Positions 1-13,625 of a DNA stretch of 64,000 nucleotides are shown here, piece after piece. The stretch's first letter is position 1, and each line of letters opens with the position of its first letter. The stretch covers positions 12,772,001 through 12,836,000 of the forward strand of contig JBHGNT010000016.1 in the NCBI GenBank assembly GCA_043228905.1, read 5' to 3'. The notes beneath the pieces are model-generated. The model was not told the origin of the DNA and did no database searches. It was given only the letters and a program-made list of their open reading frames with translations. Made by a program: the position numbers and the translations under genes. The DNA comes from Azolla caroliniana (taxonomy: Eukaryota > Plantae > Polypodiophyta).

Positions 1-514
1 CCCTTTACCACGATTCGGGCCTTATACCTCGGTGGATTTCCGGCATCTCCTGGTTTCAGCTTGTACACCCACTTGTTCCGGAGTGCTCTCTTCCCTTTCG
101 GCAACTCCGTCAGTTCATATGTGTGGTTCTCATGTAGGGAATCCATCTCATCCTCCATGGCACTCCACCACTTGCGAATGTGGGTGTCTCCCCTTGCTTC
201 TTCAAAGCTTTCCAGCTCCCCCTCATCGGTTAGCAACACATATTGTGCATCTGGAAATCTCCGGGGGGCTTTTCTCTCCCAGAGAGGATATCTCCATCCT
301 TGGTTTCTGACTGCTGATTCCTCCGTCTGTTCTGAATCTGAATCGGATTTGGGATTTTGTCTGGTCCCGATGTCTTCTTCTTCTTCTTCTTCGGTCAGTT
401 CGGTTTGTTGTCTGAATCTGGCCGGTTCGTCGATGTCATCCGGTTACCGGCTAACATCCGGCTTTCAACTGGGTAGGTCCTTGTGTCCTCAAGCTGGTTT
501 TTATTGGATGATCC

Positions 515-815
515 TGTTGAAGACAAAGGCCGTCAATGCGGAAGATCAAATAGCATTCGATTCGTGGTTGAGTACCTGCGTATGACAGTTTCCAAGATCG
601 TGCACAGAGAGAGAGAGAGAGAGAGGAGGCACAAAAGACTCTTTCTATTCAATAGAATCAATAATACAACCCAACCTTACAAAAAGGTTACAAGGTCACT
701 ATATATAGTGACCGACTTAGGGCAACTACCATTTATGCTAATTACACAAATGGCCCAAACTTGATCTATACAAAGGGATAGTGTGAATACGTCCATTATA
801 CACTTGTATTCGACA
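515..815 (-). repeat. 3' LTR of the young copia
   Basis: TGTTG..CGACA direct repeat of 5738-6038; adjacent PPT (CTCCCCC on +, 816-822). Confidence 0.95.
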
Positions 816-1008
816 CTCCCCCGTAATGGGCGTATACATGGGTTATCTAAGATTACAGGTATAAACCTAGGTTCTCGGACATATCAGTTTTGTTCGAGTC
901 GGCAGGGTCCGAAGGCAGAAGACTGGACTGGTCGGGTCAGAAGAGTTGAAGCCGATCATTAGGGAACTGATGTCGGTTGTCTGAAACCATCCTGCGCTGT
1001 GTCCGGCT

Positions 1009-4000
1009 CTAACCGGACTGGTTTGTCGTTACGCCCATCTGATGCCGAAGGGACCGAAAGCGGTCTGCCGAAAGACACTTGGTCATTCCATCTGCGACAT
1101 TGTCGGTTGTAGATATTTTCTCTAGACCGATTTTCCCTGAAATGACGCAGTCCCGAACGAAGTGATATCGAACGTCGATATGTTTGGAGGCGTTGTGGTG
1201 AACCGGATTTCTCGACAAGGCAACAGCACCTTGACTGTCGCTATAGACAACTGGAGCCGAGTCATGGTCGACTTGCCGAAACGTGTGCGCCAGCCGGCCG
1301 AGCCACAAAGCTTCTTTTGCAGCGTCGGACGCAGCTACATATTCTGCTTCGGTCGTTGAGGTCGCTGTGCACTCCTGAAGTTTCGACTTCCACGAAATTG
1401 CTCCATTGCCGAATTTGAAGCAGTATCCGGTTGTTGATTTCCGACTGTCTATACAGCCGGCGAAGTCCGAGTCGGTGTAACCGACTACGCCTGAGGTTGA
1501 GTTCGGACTGAAAAGAATGCCGTGATCTTTTGTGCCAGCCAGATATTTGAACACATGCTTGACTGCGTTCCAATGCGATCGGCCAGGATTGTGCATAAAT
1601 CTGCTAACGACTCCTACGGCATGAGAAATATCAGGCCGTGTCGCGACCATCAGGTACATAAGGGAGCCGACTGCCGGTGCATACGGTACCGACTTCATAT
1701 CTTCCCCCTCCGGTCCGGATGTCGGGCAGTCTCGCTGAGAGAGCCGAAGATTCATGGGGAGTGGGGTTGAAGCAGATTTGGCTGATTGCATGTTGAAGCG
1801 TTCCAAGACACGTCCGATATAGTCGGTCTGAGACAAAAAAAGATGTCGTTTATCGCGATGCCGACTAATCTTCATGCCAAGTATGTGTCGTGCCGGACCG
1901 AGGTCCTTCATGGCAAACTTCAACCGCAATTGCCGAATGAGATCGGCAAGTTCGCCCGCGTGGCGTCCAGAAATTAGCATGTCGTCCACGTAAATGATGA
2001 GGAAGATGGGTGATCCATCTTGAGCTGTGTTGGTAAAAAGACAATGGTCCTCATCGCTTTTGGAGAAGCCGATTGATTGGATGAAGTCGTCGAACTTCTT
2101 GTACCATTGTCGCGGTGCCTGTTTGAGGCCGTATAGACTCTTCCTGAGTCGGCAGACTAGATGTTCTTGGCCAGTTGCCACGAAGCCTTTTGGCTGCTCC
2201 ATATAAATTTCCTCTTCAAGATCACCATGGAGGAAGGCTGTTTTGACATCTAGTTGAATCAGCTCCAAGTTGTCGGCTGCCACTACGCCGAGTAGAAAAC
2301 GAAGGGTTGTCATTTTCACCACTGGTGAAAAAATCTCGTCGAAGTCGACGCCATATTATTGTCGGAAGCCCTTCGCAACTAATCTGGCCTTGTACTTTGG
2401 GGTGGTCGAATCAGACGTCTCTTTTAGTCGATAAACCCACTTGCAAGGAAGAGCACGTCGATTCTTAGGTAGTTCGACCAGATCCCAAGTCTTGTTTGCC
2501 CGAATGGAGTGCATTTCCGACTCCATCGCCAGATGCCAGGTGGCTGAATCGACAGATGTCGATGCTTCTTCGTAAGACGTCGGTTCGCCGGCGTCGGTGA
2601 AGAAAATTCCAGGAGAATACCTCTCCGGAGGTTGCGACAGTCTCTCGGATCGTCGAGGTATGATTGGACTGGTCGCATCGGGTATCGAGGTCGGATGGTC
2701 CGAAAGCGAATTATTCTGCTGTGCCGAGTCAGAGTTGTCCGAGTCGGTGGTGTAAGGTTCAGCTACCCGTGAAGCTGACCGTGTGTTAAGAGCGGGGCCT
2801 TCTTGAAGGGTCGGCACATCGGAAAATGTTACCCTTCGGACTTCGATCGGTTTTTCGACTGATGGATTCATAGCCGACTCGTTGAACACAACGTCCGAAC
2901 TTCGAACGATTTGTCTGCGTTCGGGGTCCCAGAGTCGGTATCCCATTTCGCTGTCTGATCCATATCCAAGGAAAATGCATTTCCTGGACCGAGGTGCAAG
3001 TTTTCGGCGATCATCTTTCGGAATAAGGGCGTACGCCTCGCATCCGAAGATCCTCAGCTTGTCGTAATTCGGCTTACTGCCGATCCATAGTTCCTGAGGA
3101 ATTTGAAGTCCTAGAGGTCTGCTTGGCGACATATTGATTATGTGTACTGCCGTGAGTAGAGCCTCTGCCCAGAAGCCATCCGACAGTCCGGAGTGTTGGA
3201 GCATGGAAACTATCCGTTCTTGGATTGTCCGATTCATGCGTTCTGCAATCCCGTTTTGCTCCGGACTGTGTGGTGCCGTAAATTCACGTCGGATGCCGCG
3301 TTGTCGGCAGAATTTGACGAATTCTTCTGATTTGAACTCTCCCCCATTGTCGGTCCGAAAGCATTTCAGTTTTCGGTCAGTTTGATTTTCTACCATAGCG
3401 AGCCAATCGGAGAAGATCGAGAAGACACGATCTTTGGTGCGAATTGGATAAGCCCACACCTTTCGAGTCGAATCGTCAATAAAACTGACGAAGTAAGAGG
3501 CACCGCCGAGAGACTGATGCGGCATTGGGCCACAGACGTCCGAGTGGACTAAATCGAGAGGTCTCGTTTCTCTTGGTGCTGATGTCGGGTGTGATGCGGC
3601 TGCTTGTTTGCCATACTGGCAATGTTCGCAGAATTGATGGTCCGAGAAGGAGAGTTTAGGGATGTATCCGGCTCTAGATAGGTGCGTAATGCCGGCCTTG
3701 CTGAGGTGTCCTAATCTTCTGTGCCATAGTGATGACACAGGAATATCCACCAAAAACAAGTTACCCTCTCTGAGCGTAACATGTAACGGATACAGTGAGT
3801 GTATCTTGGGTCCTCTAGCAAGCAGGAGGTTCCCCCTGTGGAGTGTCCACCCTCCCGAAGAAAAACCGGCACGAATGCCGTCTTCATCTAGTTGTCCGAC
3901 TGAGATCAATGGCCTTGAGAGCTCAGGTACATGTCGGACATTGTGAAGTACAAGTGTAGAGCCACCTGCAAGGTTGAGCTCTACTGTGCCGATTCCAATG

Positions 4001-5043
4001 ATGTCACAGTGTTGCGAGTTGCCGAATCGAACTGAGTCGGAGTGACGGATCGTATATTGCCGAAATTGGGATCGATGAGGAGTCACGTGAAATGACGCGC
4101 CCGAATCTAAGAGCCATGTGCTCGATTCTTCAGTCGTGAGCAGAACTTCTGATCCGACTGGATTTTCGATTGATAGTATATTCGGGTCGTTTGGTAGCAC
4201 ATCAGCTGAGAAGCTGACGTAATTGATCTCCTCATGCCGGCCACTCTTCTTGTCTGATTTCTGAGACTTGTCGTTCTTGTTCTTGAGTGCGCGGCAGTCG
4301 GCTTTGATGTGTCCGGGTTTCTTGCAATAGTTGCAGATTCGATTATCCCGTGACTGGCTCCGTCTTCGCTGATTGTTCGGCTGCTGTGAGGAATCTCTTC
4401 CTCGTATGTTCGATCGTTCTGTCGAACCTTGTACTACATAAGCGTCGTCTGTTGAGTCTTTGGCGAAAGACTTTCTCCGAGCTGCTTCGGTCAGGATTGC
4501 GCTCGTGACTTCGGAGTATTTAACAGTCGTGGTTGACGCGTTGCACACGGTTGTGACGAAAGTTTCCCATGATGAGGGAAGGCTGCTCATGAGTATCATT
4601 GCTCTGAGTTCATCCTCGATTGCCGTCCCCTGAGATGAGATTTGGGAGCTTATGCTTTCGTACTCATTGAGATGTGCTTGAACCGAATCTGATTCTTTCA
4701 TCCGCAAGTTGTAGAGGCGCCGGATCAGAAACATCTTTGTTGCAGTGACCTTCTTTTCGTAAGTGTCCGACAGTGTTTTCCACAGTTCGAATGCTGTCGT
4801 ACACGATTGCACCGTAAAGTATACCGATTCCGATAGGTGCATCCGAATCGTGGCGCGGACGATTCTGTCCAGCTTCTGCCACTCAATTGGTTTGTATCCT
4901 TCTGGAGGTTCTTCATTTTCGATGGGATCGATTTGCCCCTTGACTATGAGATAGTCCTGCATTTGCTCCTTCCAGAAGTTGAAGTTCGATCCATCGAACT
5001 TTCGTAGACTCATTTCTGACGAGCCGGATGTTGATGCCATCAA
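1009..5043 (-). pseudogene. Copia gag-pol polyprotein with one in-frame stop (TAA at 2356-2358)
   Basis: CNYCKKPGHIKADC zinc knuckle, WLLDSGAS protease, HRRLGH/CEHC and VHSDVCGP integrase, YVDDML RT, YTDSDFAG and ADGMTK RNase H. ORFs 2356-5043 and 1009-2322 are in frame (FRQ*YGVDFDEIFSPVVKM). Confidence 0.93.
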
Positions 5044-5723
5044 ATTTGGTTTCGGTTGACGAAGCTCGGTTCGGAGTTGACTACGAACCTTGTTGGAGTG
5101 CAGCCGGTTGGCTCACCCGATATCGTTCTAGTCGGATTTGAACCCGAGTCGGTTCGGCTTCGGATATATGTATTGTTGAACTTGCTCGAATTGACTCCGG
5201 TAACTTGAGGGACAGAACCGACTGGTCTTCCCGAATGTTGCCGAGTCGGAGTGAGCCCGGTTCGCTTCCGAATATATATGCCAAATACTGATTATTGAAA
5301 CCGATTGTCTGGACCGATTCTGCTTCGGGTGACTGCAGCGACGAGAGAGACGGATCCAACTGATCCTCCCGAATGTCGACCAGCCGGATGAAGCACGAAT
5401 TTGGGTTGTTGTCTTGAGACCGATCTGCACCGAGTGGTTACAATGAGCGGCGAGCAGCGTTTGATGACCTCTTCGGATGTCGTTTAACCGAGTGGAGCAC
5501 GATCGTGTCAATGTTGCACAAGGGGATTTCACCTCGAGCGGTTACGATCACAAGGAACAGAGTACAACCGGCTGGCTTACTCCAAGCGAAGATGATCTAA
5601 CGCGATGAGATGCAAGCCTCGTTTTTCTTCTTCTTCTCTCTTCTTCGAATGACGCAAGAAACCGAATGCTGTGCAGGCTGAGACGACGGCCGACAGCGGG
5701 TTGAAGGACCGAATACTGTGCAG

Positions 5724-5735
5724 GCTCTGATACCA
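5724..5735 (-). promoter_or_regulatory. Primer binding site, tRNA-iMet (TGGTATCAGAGC)
   Basis: Canonical plant PBS two nt inside the 5' LTR. Confidence 0.93.
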
Positions 5736-5737
5736 AA

Positions 5738-6038
5738 TGTTGAAGACAAAGGCCGTCAATGCGGAAGATCAAATAGCATTCGATTCGTGGTTGAGTACCT
5801 GCGTATGACAGTTTCCAAGATCGTGCACAGAGAGAGAGAGAGAGAGAGGAGGCACAAAAGACTCTTTCTATTTAATAGAATCAATAATACAAGCCAACCT
5901 TACAAAAAGGTTACAAGGTCACTATATATAGTGACCGACTTAGTGCAACTACCATTTATGCTAATTACACAAATGGCCCAAACTTGATCTATACAAAGGG
6001 ATAGTGTGAATACGTCCATTATACACTTGTATTCGACA
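5738..6038 (-). repeat. 5' LTR of the young copia
   Basis: Direct repeat of 515-815, followed by the TSD. Confidence 0.95.
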
Positions 6039-6528
6039 GATCCGGAATTGGTCATCTTCTTCTCTGACTCCCAGTTGGCAATGGTCCTGTCTTCCATGAA
6101 GACTATGTCCCGACTCCGGAACACCTTCTTGTTGACCAGATCCCACACCTAGTAGCCGAACTCATCATCACCGTATCCAAGGAATATGCATGGCTGGGAC
6201 TTCGGGTCCAACTTTGCTCTCTTGTCCTTCGCCACATGCATGCATGCGAGAAACCCGAACACCTTCAGATGCCGGTCCATACCTTCTAAAGTGAGTTTCC
6301 TCCCAAGGGTATAGTAGTTATGGACCTACAACAATATCAACAACAACCTTTTAAAATGATTGCCCTAAGTCATATTTATACTAGTATCAACTTAGAGCTA
6401 TTTACAAATATAGCCTTAATAGGCTTACAAAAAAAAAACATATTTTCGGATATGTTTTCTCTTCTGGTTCTCACCAGGTCCTCTTTATTCATCACCGGAT
6501 CCCATCCGGAGAGACCGATTTCCCAACA

Positions 6529-9500
6529 CTTTTAACCTCCAGACCGACTCCGCGTTCTCCTCGTTCCATTCGAAGTTACGCCCCTGTTTCCGCAACCCGT
6601 AGAGCGGTTTTGAGACGTGTGCGTAATGCGGAATCTAAATGTGGTAGAATTCGCACGCGCCCAAGAACCTCCAGACCTCTGTAACCGACTTGTATTCTTC
6701 CTTCATCACGGAGATGGCTTCCACCTTTGCCGGAGACAGTTTTTGGCTCCACAATCGTCGGGTCCATGCACCCGATCTCCTCCAGTGAGAATGCGAAGGC
6801 CTCCCCATGCCTCCTGAGCATCTTCCGAAATCGGTCCTCCTTCGCCGGTAGTAGAAAGCCACCCCCACCGAACTTGAGCTCTCGTAGCGTCTTGTCAGTG
6901 AACCAGTTCCCTATGCCAGACGGATTCCGCAAACATGGGTCTGACGTGACCCCCTTCATCCGCTCCGTGCTGCCCTCTAGCAAGGGTGTCGCGACTGGCC
7001 TCACCTTTTGGTTCACAGTCTTGTACCTCGTTTCCGTGCAGGCCGTCCGATCCGACCTCACTTTGTCCCTGAAGGCCGCAATGACTTCGTAAATTTCCAC
7101 GGAACCGGCCGGAATCACCCAGTATTCACTCAGGCCTTCTTCGACAACCTTTCTGATCTCTCCAAGGGTGTTCTCGAATGAGACCGCCTCCACGGCGCCA
7201 CTAATCTCATCGTCGGAGGTAAGGGCCCCGCATGGCCTAAGACGCTCCTCGACCCTCTTCTTTTCCCGGCTCCCGACGTCGGTTATCATACAACATCCGT
7301 TGTCGGAGAACCAAAATTTTCTACCTATGGTACATGTGTGGGGTTTCTCCGGGGTGTCAGGACTATTGCGGCCCCATGCCTTGATAGCCCTCTCTAAAAA
7401 TCCCCTCGTCCATCGCTGCCAAGGGTCTCACGGGGTGATGATTGGCCATTTCCCCTTTTTGTAGAAGTCCATTGACATCAGGTTTATCTCGGAACCGTGG
7501 TCTATCAACGCCACCACCGGCTCCTGAATGTCCCCGATCCGGACAGGGGTCTCTGTAGTAGCCCTTGCACAATGCAACTTCAAATAGTGGCTCTCCACCA
7601 ATTCATCATCCAAGGCCGCATCCTCTAAGTGGGTCGTCCGCACTTCCACGGGCTTCTCCGGCTCCGGCTCCGTCGTGAGCCTTTTATGCTTCACCAAGTC
7701 CACGATGGAATTGTGGAACTCCTTCTTGGCGATTCTGAGCACTTCCCTCAACAAAAGCTCCACCTTGCTATCGAGGATCCATTCCTCGAGGACCTTGCGC
7801 AAGTCCGTCACCCTTTCTATTTCCGTGCTCAGCCGGTAACCTGCCTGCTTTACCTTTTCCTTTGAGCACGGACCGCCGGCGTCATTTCTCTTTGGCACGC
7901 TCTGCATCTCATACCGGCCAGAGGGTCCAGCCCCTCTACCCTTTCTTGCTCGCTTATCTTCCATTAGAACTTCGTAGTTCTTCCACGAAACCGGTCTTCT
8001 CTTCAACTGGATCGTCCCATCCCGTGACCTCCCGGACCCACTTCTCTACATGGTCCGCTTCCTCCTTCCTTAACCACACTCCGGAGAGGCCTTCTAGCAC
8101 CGATGGCCAGAATCCGGAGTCCTTCGTCTTTTGGTTGCCATTGCTTCTGACCCGGATCCCAATTGACGCCGAATAGTGGATGGCTTCGGCGTGCCGCGCT
8201 GCGGCTTCCTCCATCAACCGCTTCATTCCGCCGCACCCGGTATTCAACTCCAGGGCTTTCCGGGTTTCACTCTCGTGCACCCGCCCATTCCAGAGGTACA
8301 CTACATTACTTCTGAGTGCCTCCATAAACTCCGTGCAATCTCTTCTTCCGTGGTCGACCGTGTCGCACCACATGCATCGTTTTCCGGCCGGAGGCCTCCA
8401 GTCACGCATCTATCCTCCACTGTCTCTCTTGGCCTGTGCAATCTCGAGATCGCGTACCATCTGTGTTAGCTCGTCTAGAGCCGCTCCCCCGGATGGGCCT
8501 TTAACCACGCTGGTTGGAGTCGTGCCCGACTCAAGCCAACTTCGGGTGTCTTCCTTTCGCGCCGGCAACAGCTTGTCAAACTTCCTTGCCGCTGCCGGTC
8601 CTGGTATCCGTGGAACTTCGTCATTCCACTCGTGCTGCTTGTCGAAACGGCTACAGAGTCTTTTTACCATAGCCCAGTCGGTCGTGAGCCCTTCATCTGT
8701 CTTTAGTAGGAGATCCACTTGCTCCCGATCCTGCACGTCCACAAACTTGACGAATAATAGGACACGGCTCGTGTCGAGCACGGTCCTATCCAATGAGGAG
8801 AGCCGGGCAAACCGTTTCTCGAATTCCTAGAGGAGCACCGACATGTTCCTCCTCTTTCCGGGGGTTTCAACCCATTTCATGAATTCCCGTTTCGATAACC
8901 AAAGCGAGTCATCAAACCCATACCTCTTGAGGAGCCGTCCTTTGAACTCCTCCCAAGACTGACAACCGGCTTGTACCTCGAGCACCTCCGTATGGATGGT
9001 TGGTGTCACCACCCGAGGGAATCCCGACAGTTGTCTGTCCTCCGGAATGTCCCTCACTATCATTTCAACATGGTAAGCCTCCGAATAAGTCGTTGCATTC
9101 TTCCCTCCAAACCGGCCTATCGTGCAGACGATTGTCTCAACAGCCTTGTCAAGGGCACCCGAGCCCTCACGAGCATTCACTAGCCGGTCTACGGCTGCCG
9201 CCATGGCTTTGGCGAGTTTCGTCCCCCTCATCTTCAGACTCCTCTGCCGCCCTGTTTCACGTCGGGCTCACAAAAGTATGTCGCGTAATTATGCGTACGT
9301 CTAAGGAATGAAGGCGTGACCGCAAGGGTCCTGGATAGAGGAGTGTGAGAAAAGGGGAAAAGTGGAACAAACAAGCGTGTGTCGGGCATGCATTGGATGC
9401 CGGCAAGCACAGAGCTTGAACGGCTCGGTCGAGATTAGATCGATGCAAGAGACAATTAGAAGAGAAAGAACCCTCAATCGATAAAGAATGGATTACAACC

Positions 9501-9888
9501 GGCTTACCGGTAACTGAGCCACTACTTTGTCGACAACACACACACACACACACACACCAAGGACGAGTTACAACGTGGAGCCTCTGCCAGGAGCACCTGA
9601 ACTTCCCACACGAATAGAGGCATTTGGCAAAAACACTCCTCCAGAGAACACCAATACAGAACGAGCGCTCGGTTCCCAGCTTGACAACACTCCGTTCTCC
9701 CAAAAACGCGATCCCCCCTCTTAGCCCTCTCTCTCGACCTTTATAGGTCCTCGAGGGAGGAGTCATCACATCCTGTAATTACATCATCTTTATTCCCTGT
9801 TGCTACGGACAAAGACTTGTTTCGATTTGTTAATCTATTTAATGTGTCTATATCAAAGTCTTTCCACATCACGCCGACCTATTCTTAG
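6529..9888 (-). mobile_element. Degenerate Ty3/gypsy element 5' part (LTR, PBS, gag, protease, RT remnants)
   Basis: CMWCDTVDHGRRDC knuckle, ALIDHGSEINLM protease, YKTVNQKVRPV motif, multiple stops and frameshifts. tRNA-Trp-like PBS at 9256-9273; putative LTR from 9279 with its outer end uncertain. Confidence 0.75.
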
Positions 9889-12410
9889 TGTTACCCGGAC
9901 AAGGGGCAGTCGGACAAGTGTAGAAGCGTCAGAGTCGGGGTCGGATCGACGAGGACGATCGACTAATCAGCATTTTTCCGAAATAATAAATTACTGAATA
10001 TTAAGTTTGTTATAAGTTGTGTAGTTCTTGCCGGTAAGGCAATATGTATTTCTTGATGAGAAAGCCTTTATGGTTACCTATAAAAGGAACCGAAGGCATT
10101 GTAAAAAGGTCGTCTGTTTTTAGTTAATATAGTTTTGTTAGTTGTAGAACTCTGAGCACTTGTGTCGACTTTTTATAAATTTATATGTTGTTCTGCTATA
10201 TCGATACTAACAAATAGAACCGATCACGATACAGAATATCATATCGTAGTACATGATTAACAGAGTCTAATCCATTCGTACTCTACAATTCTTTGATAGA
10301 ATGTTTGGAGTATAACGCTCGTATATACTGGGTTTTCGGTAACCGAACAACACAGTATAATTTTGGCACGCCAGGTTAGATCTGCAATTAGCAGAGAACA
10401 AGTCAAATGGATGTCGCCGTCTCGTCCGGATACACCAATCGATCGTAAATGTCCTCGTACACGTTCGGTTACAAAGCGTGTGGAAGAGGATTCTACTGTG
10501 GTGGTACAACAAGAAACAAGTCGGAGGTGGTCTTTAGTTCCCGACTTAACTGATAGTCAGTCAGACTGAGATCAATTGGAAGAGGTATCATTTTAGTATA
10601 TCTGTAGTGAAGACAATATGCCTTACCCTTACTCGAAATTTCGAGAAGGCGCTGATGCAGAAGCACGTATTAGGGATTTCTTAACATGGGAAATAAACCA
10701 TGGGGCTCAACGACTATCGGCCGCAGCCGAGGATAAGTCTAAAATAGCTGAGTTTGTTTTGTCATTTGATGGCCAGTCGGCAAATTGGTTTGCTCAGAAT
10801 GGTTTCCGAGTGTTTGAAACATTGGAACAATTAACCAAAAAATTTCTTCAATTGTTTCATCGAAAGATTCCTCAAAAGGATCTGATAGCTCAATTTTATG
10901 CATTGTATCAAGAACCCAATGAAACAATGTCACAATTTGTCATTCGTTTTCAAAATCTACAACTACAAATTTCCAGGACAATTCCGGATCACGAACTAAA
11001 GGATATCTTTTTAGAGGCAATTCATGAACCACTACTGGTCGAAATCCAAAAAATATAAAAAGTATGGATATGTCGACATTACACTATACTCTGCTGACTC
11101 TAGAAGAGTTATAGTTTCGCCAAGCTGTAAAGTGTACCACTTGTTTGAATATTGGGCATTCGACAATCGAGTGTAGTTTACATACACATTGCACAATCTG
11201 TCACTCTAAGGCCCATTCAGTAGAATAATGTCAATATAATTTGCTTAAATAAGCAACAACGCCAGTAGGGCAAATTTTCCCGGAAAATGGTTACCAAGAT
11301 AACCATAATAGGTTCCATAATCGGTATAAGGAGGATGACCAGAATTATTTGGAAAGGTGACCGCATAATGACTGGAATGAATATAGGAGAAATGATAATC
11401 AAGGTCCAACACAAGAGGATGCCCGACAGTATGATTATCGACAAAATCAAAATCAAATCTCGGTAATAGAACTAACTGTTATGACTAGACATTCTTGGCA
11501 TGATCGTTTTCAGACTATAAATTGAATAGTGATCAGGAATCATGCAATCATTAATACAAGTGGTGCTACTATTACTGCTATTTCTAGAACTACTACTTTC
11601 ATTAATAGTAGCTCTGCTATTCCCTAGGCATCATGCAACGATTTATTTCATTAAAACCTATTCTTTCATCTTCTGTCTCACCACAGAAACAGAAACTCCT
11701 TCGCGCACAAAAATTTTCTGTTATCAATCGCCATAGCCAAAGTCCTTTGTTGCCTTCATTGCAAAACTCTGATCTTTCTATTGAAGAAGAACTCATGCCG
11801 ATCGTGGTCTCTGATAACCTTCGACAATGGCTCATCGACAAGGGTCTACAAGGCTATTTGAAAGTCGCAGATGCAGATACTCACCCAAGAGCTACTGAAA
11901 TCCTCCAAAGAATCGACGTGGCCAAGATTACAAATAAATAGGTACGTCACATTTTGAATCTAAAAAGGGAAGGGTTTGTGGCAGTTCAGAAGATGGACAA
12001 GGAGATGTTGCGTTCGTATTCTGGTGAATACTCCTCGTCGGCAAAAGCCTATCAGACATATGGAGGGGAAGATGAATTCTTTCACGAAGTGGCAAAATTT
12101 TTACTTGAGGTAGGATTCGTCAGCCCCAGGTTTTACTGCATGCCGAAAAAGTGGGCAGGCTTTATTATCGCCACTTATGAAGGCAAAAAATTTGATTGGG
12201 GATTATTGACGGCAGAAGCTCTCAGAGAGCAGTTGTTGGGGGTGCAAACAAGCAAGCCAATGAAGCCGATTTTTGCATGGTGGCTGTTGGTGCTATTTCC
12301 GACACCGAGTTCGGAAATCCAACAGGAGGAACAAAGACAGACAAGGCCAAGACCAACTCCTAGAGCCAGAGGCAAGTCCAGCGAGAGGAATGGCAAGAAC
12401 ACGGATTGAC
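9889..12410 (+). mobile_element. Non-chromoviral gypsy derivative lacking pol: LTR (9889 to about 10352), tRNA-Arg-like PBS, gag, accessory ORF
   Basis: PBS TGGCACGCCAGG at 10364. gag 10618-11230 is homologous to gag at about 29100-29970 (CX2C..H..C twice). The ORF at 11795-12310 is homologous to about 24100-24610. Confidence 0.75.
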
Positions 12411-13625
12411 ACAGGTCGAAAAGATTCAGTAGGAACCAGTCCGACAATCGGCCGCCTCCATTGTGCACCGACTCCCCTCGTCCACCACGACCATAGGGCC
12501 TATCCTCCTCTATGTACAACATTTTGTTGTTAGTGTGCATACCCTTGACACACCCGCGTGGTTCTCCTCTACTAGGAGCATTGACTGTAAGTCGAAAAAC
12601 GACGGCGTATTCTCCCTCGTATAGACCGTAGTTTGGAAAGCTTTGAACTTCGACACTAACCCTCCTAGGTAGACCTGCACCATTTCATCCTCCTCGACGT
12701 TTACATCGACGAAGGTGAGAGAGTCACAGATGTCCTTCATCTTGGAGGTGTAGTCAGCCACCAACATATGTCGTTGTCCAACATTGCTCAACTCTTGCCT
12801 GAGTTGGAGCTTTCTGGTTGTGGTGCTCGCGGCGAAAATCTTTTTTAGATTTCCCCAAGCATCCTTTGGCGTCTTCACATCCCGAATGTAGTTGGGCAGC
12901 TAATCGCTCACACAGGATGCAGAGCAGTAAAGAACTCTGCTTGCTACCTGTTCCTAGGCCGAGAAATCTCTGTGTCGATTCGGGTGCATCGTCATTAGCT
13001 CCATCGACATAACTCCGGTAACCATGACCGAGCAGGTAGTGGTGCATCTTCTAAGACGAAGATGCGTAGTTGTTCTTGTCAAGCTTCTTAGTCGGTAGCG
13101 AACTACCCATTCCCCTGTCTATATTGTTGTCGTATCTTTTCCAAAGTAAAAAAACTTGACTCTGTCTTTATCGCTTACTTTTCTGTAGGCTGCAGAAGAG
13201 TCTGATACCATGTAAAGGAATACGTGCGGAAGGGTGTGTGTAAAAGACACCAAGTACACAGTTTGGAAATATGATAGTTTGGTGAAACACAGAGAACACA
13301 GAGAGAAGAAGAAGAGGGAGAGATATAGAGAGAGAAGACAACAATTCTATTCCAAGAAAATAACACTTTGTACATAGGATGTGTTGAGAGAGCACTTTTA
13401 TACACGTCCATACGTACAGACAGAAGTACTAACATGAACTTCAATGCTCATCAATGAGCCCCTACACTAACTCCATAAATATATTCCTCTGTGGAATATC
13501 CTTCCGACGGCCTCCCGGTTTACGCACAACTACGGCCTCTCATTGCGCATCTGGTTTACGTAGGCAGCCTACACACTGGTTTACGAACCGGTTTACGCAC
13601 CTAATGTTGAGTTTGTATCTCAACA
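12411..13625 (-). mobile_element. Copia 5' fragment (LTR 13211-13625, iMet PBS 13200-13210, degenerate gag)
   Basis: TGGTATCAGA PBS abuts the LTR; gag is homologous to 46590-46880 and 52843-53050. Confidence 0.85.

Larger units (their letters stand above)
515..6038 (-). mobile_element. Young full-length Ty1/copia LTR retrotransposon
   Basis: Two 301-bp TG..CA LTRs (515-815, 5738-6038) with 3 substitutions seen; TSD GATCC (510-514, 6039-6043); tRNA-iMet PBS; PPT; gag-PR-IN-RT-RH order. Confidence 0.97.
1..6528 (-). mobile_element. Old degenerate Ty1/copia element (integrase to RT start, plus a 5' LTR remnant at about 6281-6528), interrupted by a younger copia at 515-6038
   Basis: 1-514 and 6044-6280 align with the copia pol at about 22000-22730 (NKWVYKL, CIFLGYGDDEFGY motifs). 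About 6340-6528 resembles the LTR at 19854-20629 and ends ...CCCAACA. gag, PR and PBS are missing. Confidence 0.75.

Noticed and set aside
483-764. ORFs with RERERE or SLSLSL runs (also 5718, 40622, 46673, 52125)
   Set aside because: They are translations of LTR microsatellites.
2350-2362. Programmed stop readthrough in the copia pol
   Set aside because: The context CAA-TAA-TAT-GGC lacks the CARYYA motif and the stop lies inside RT.
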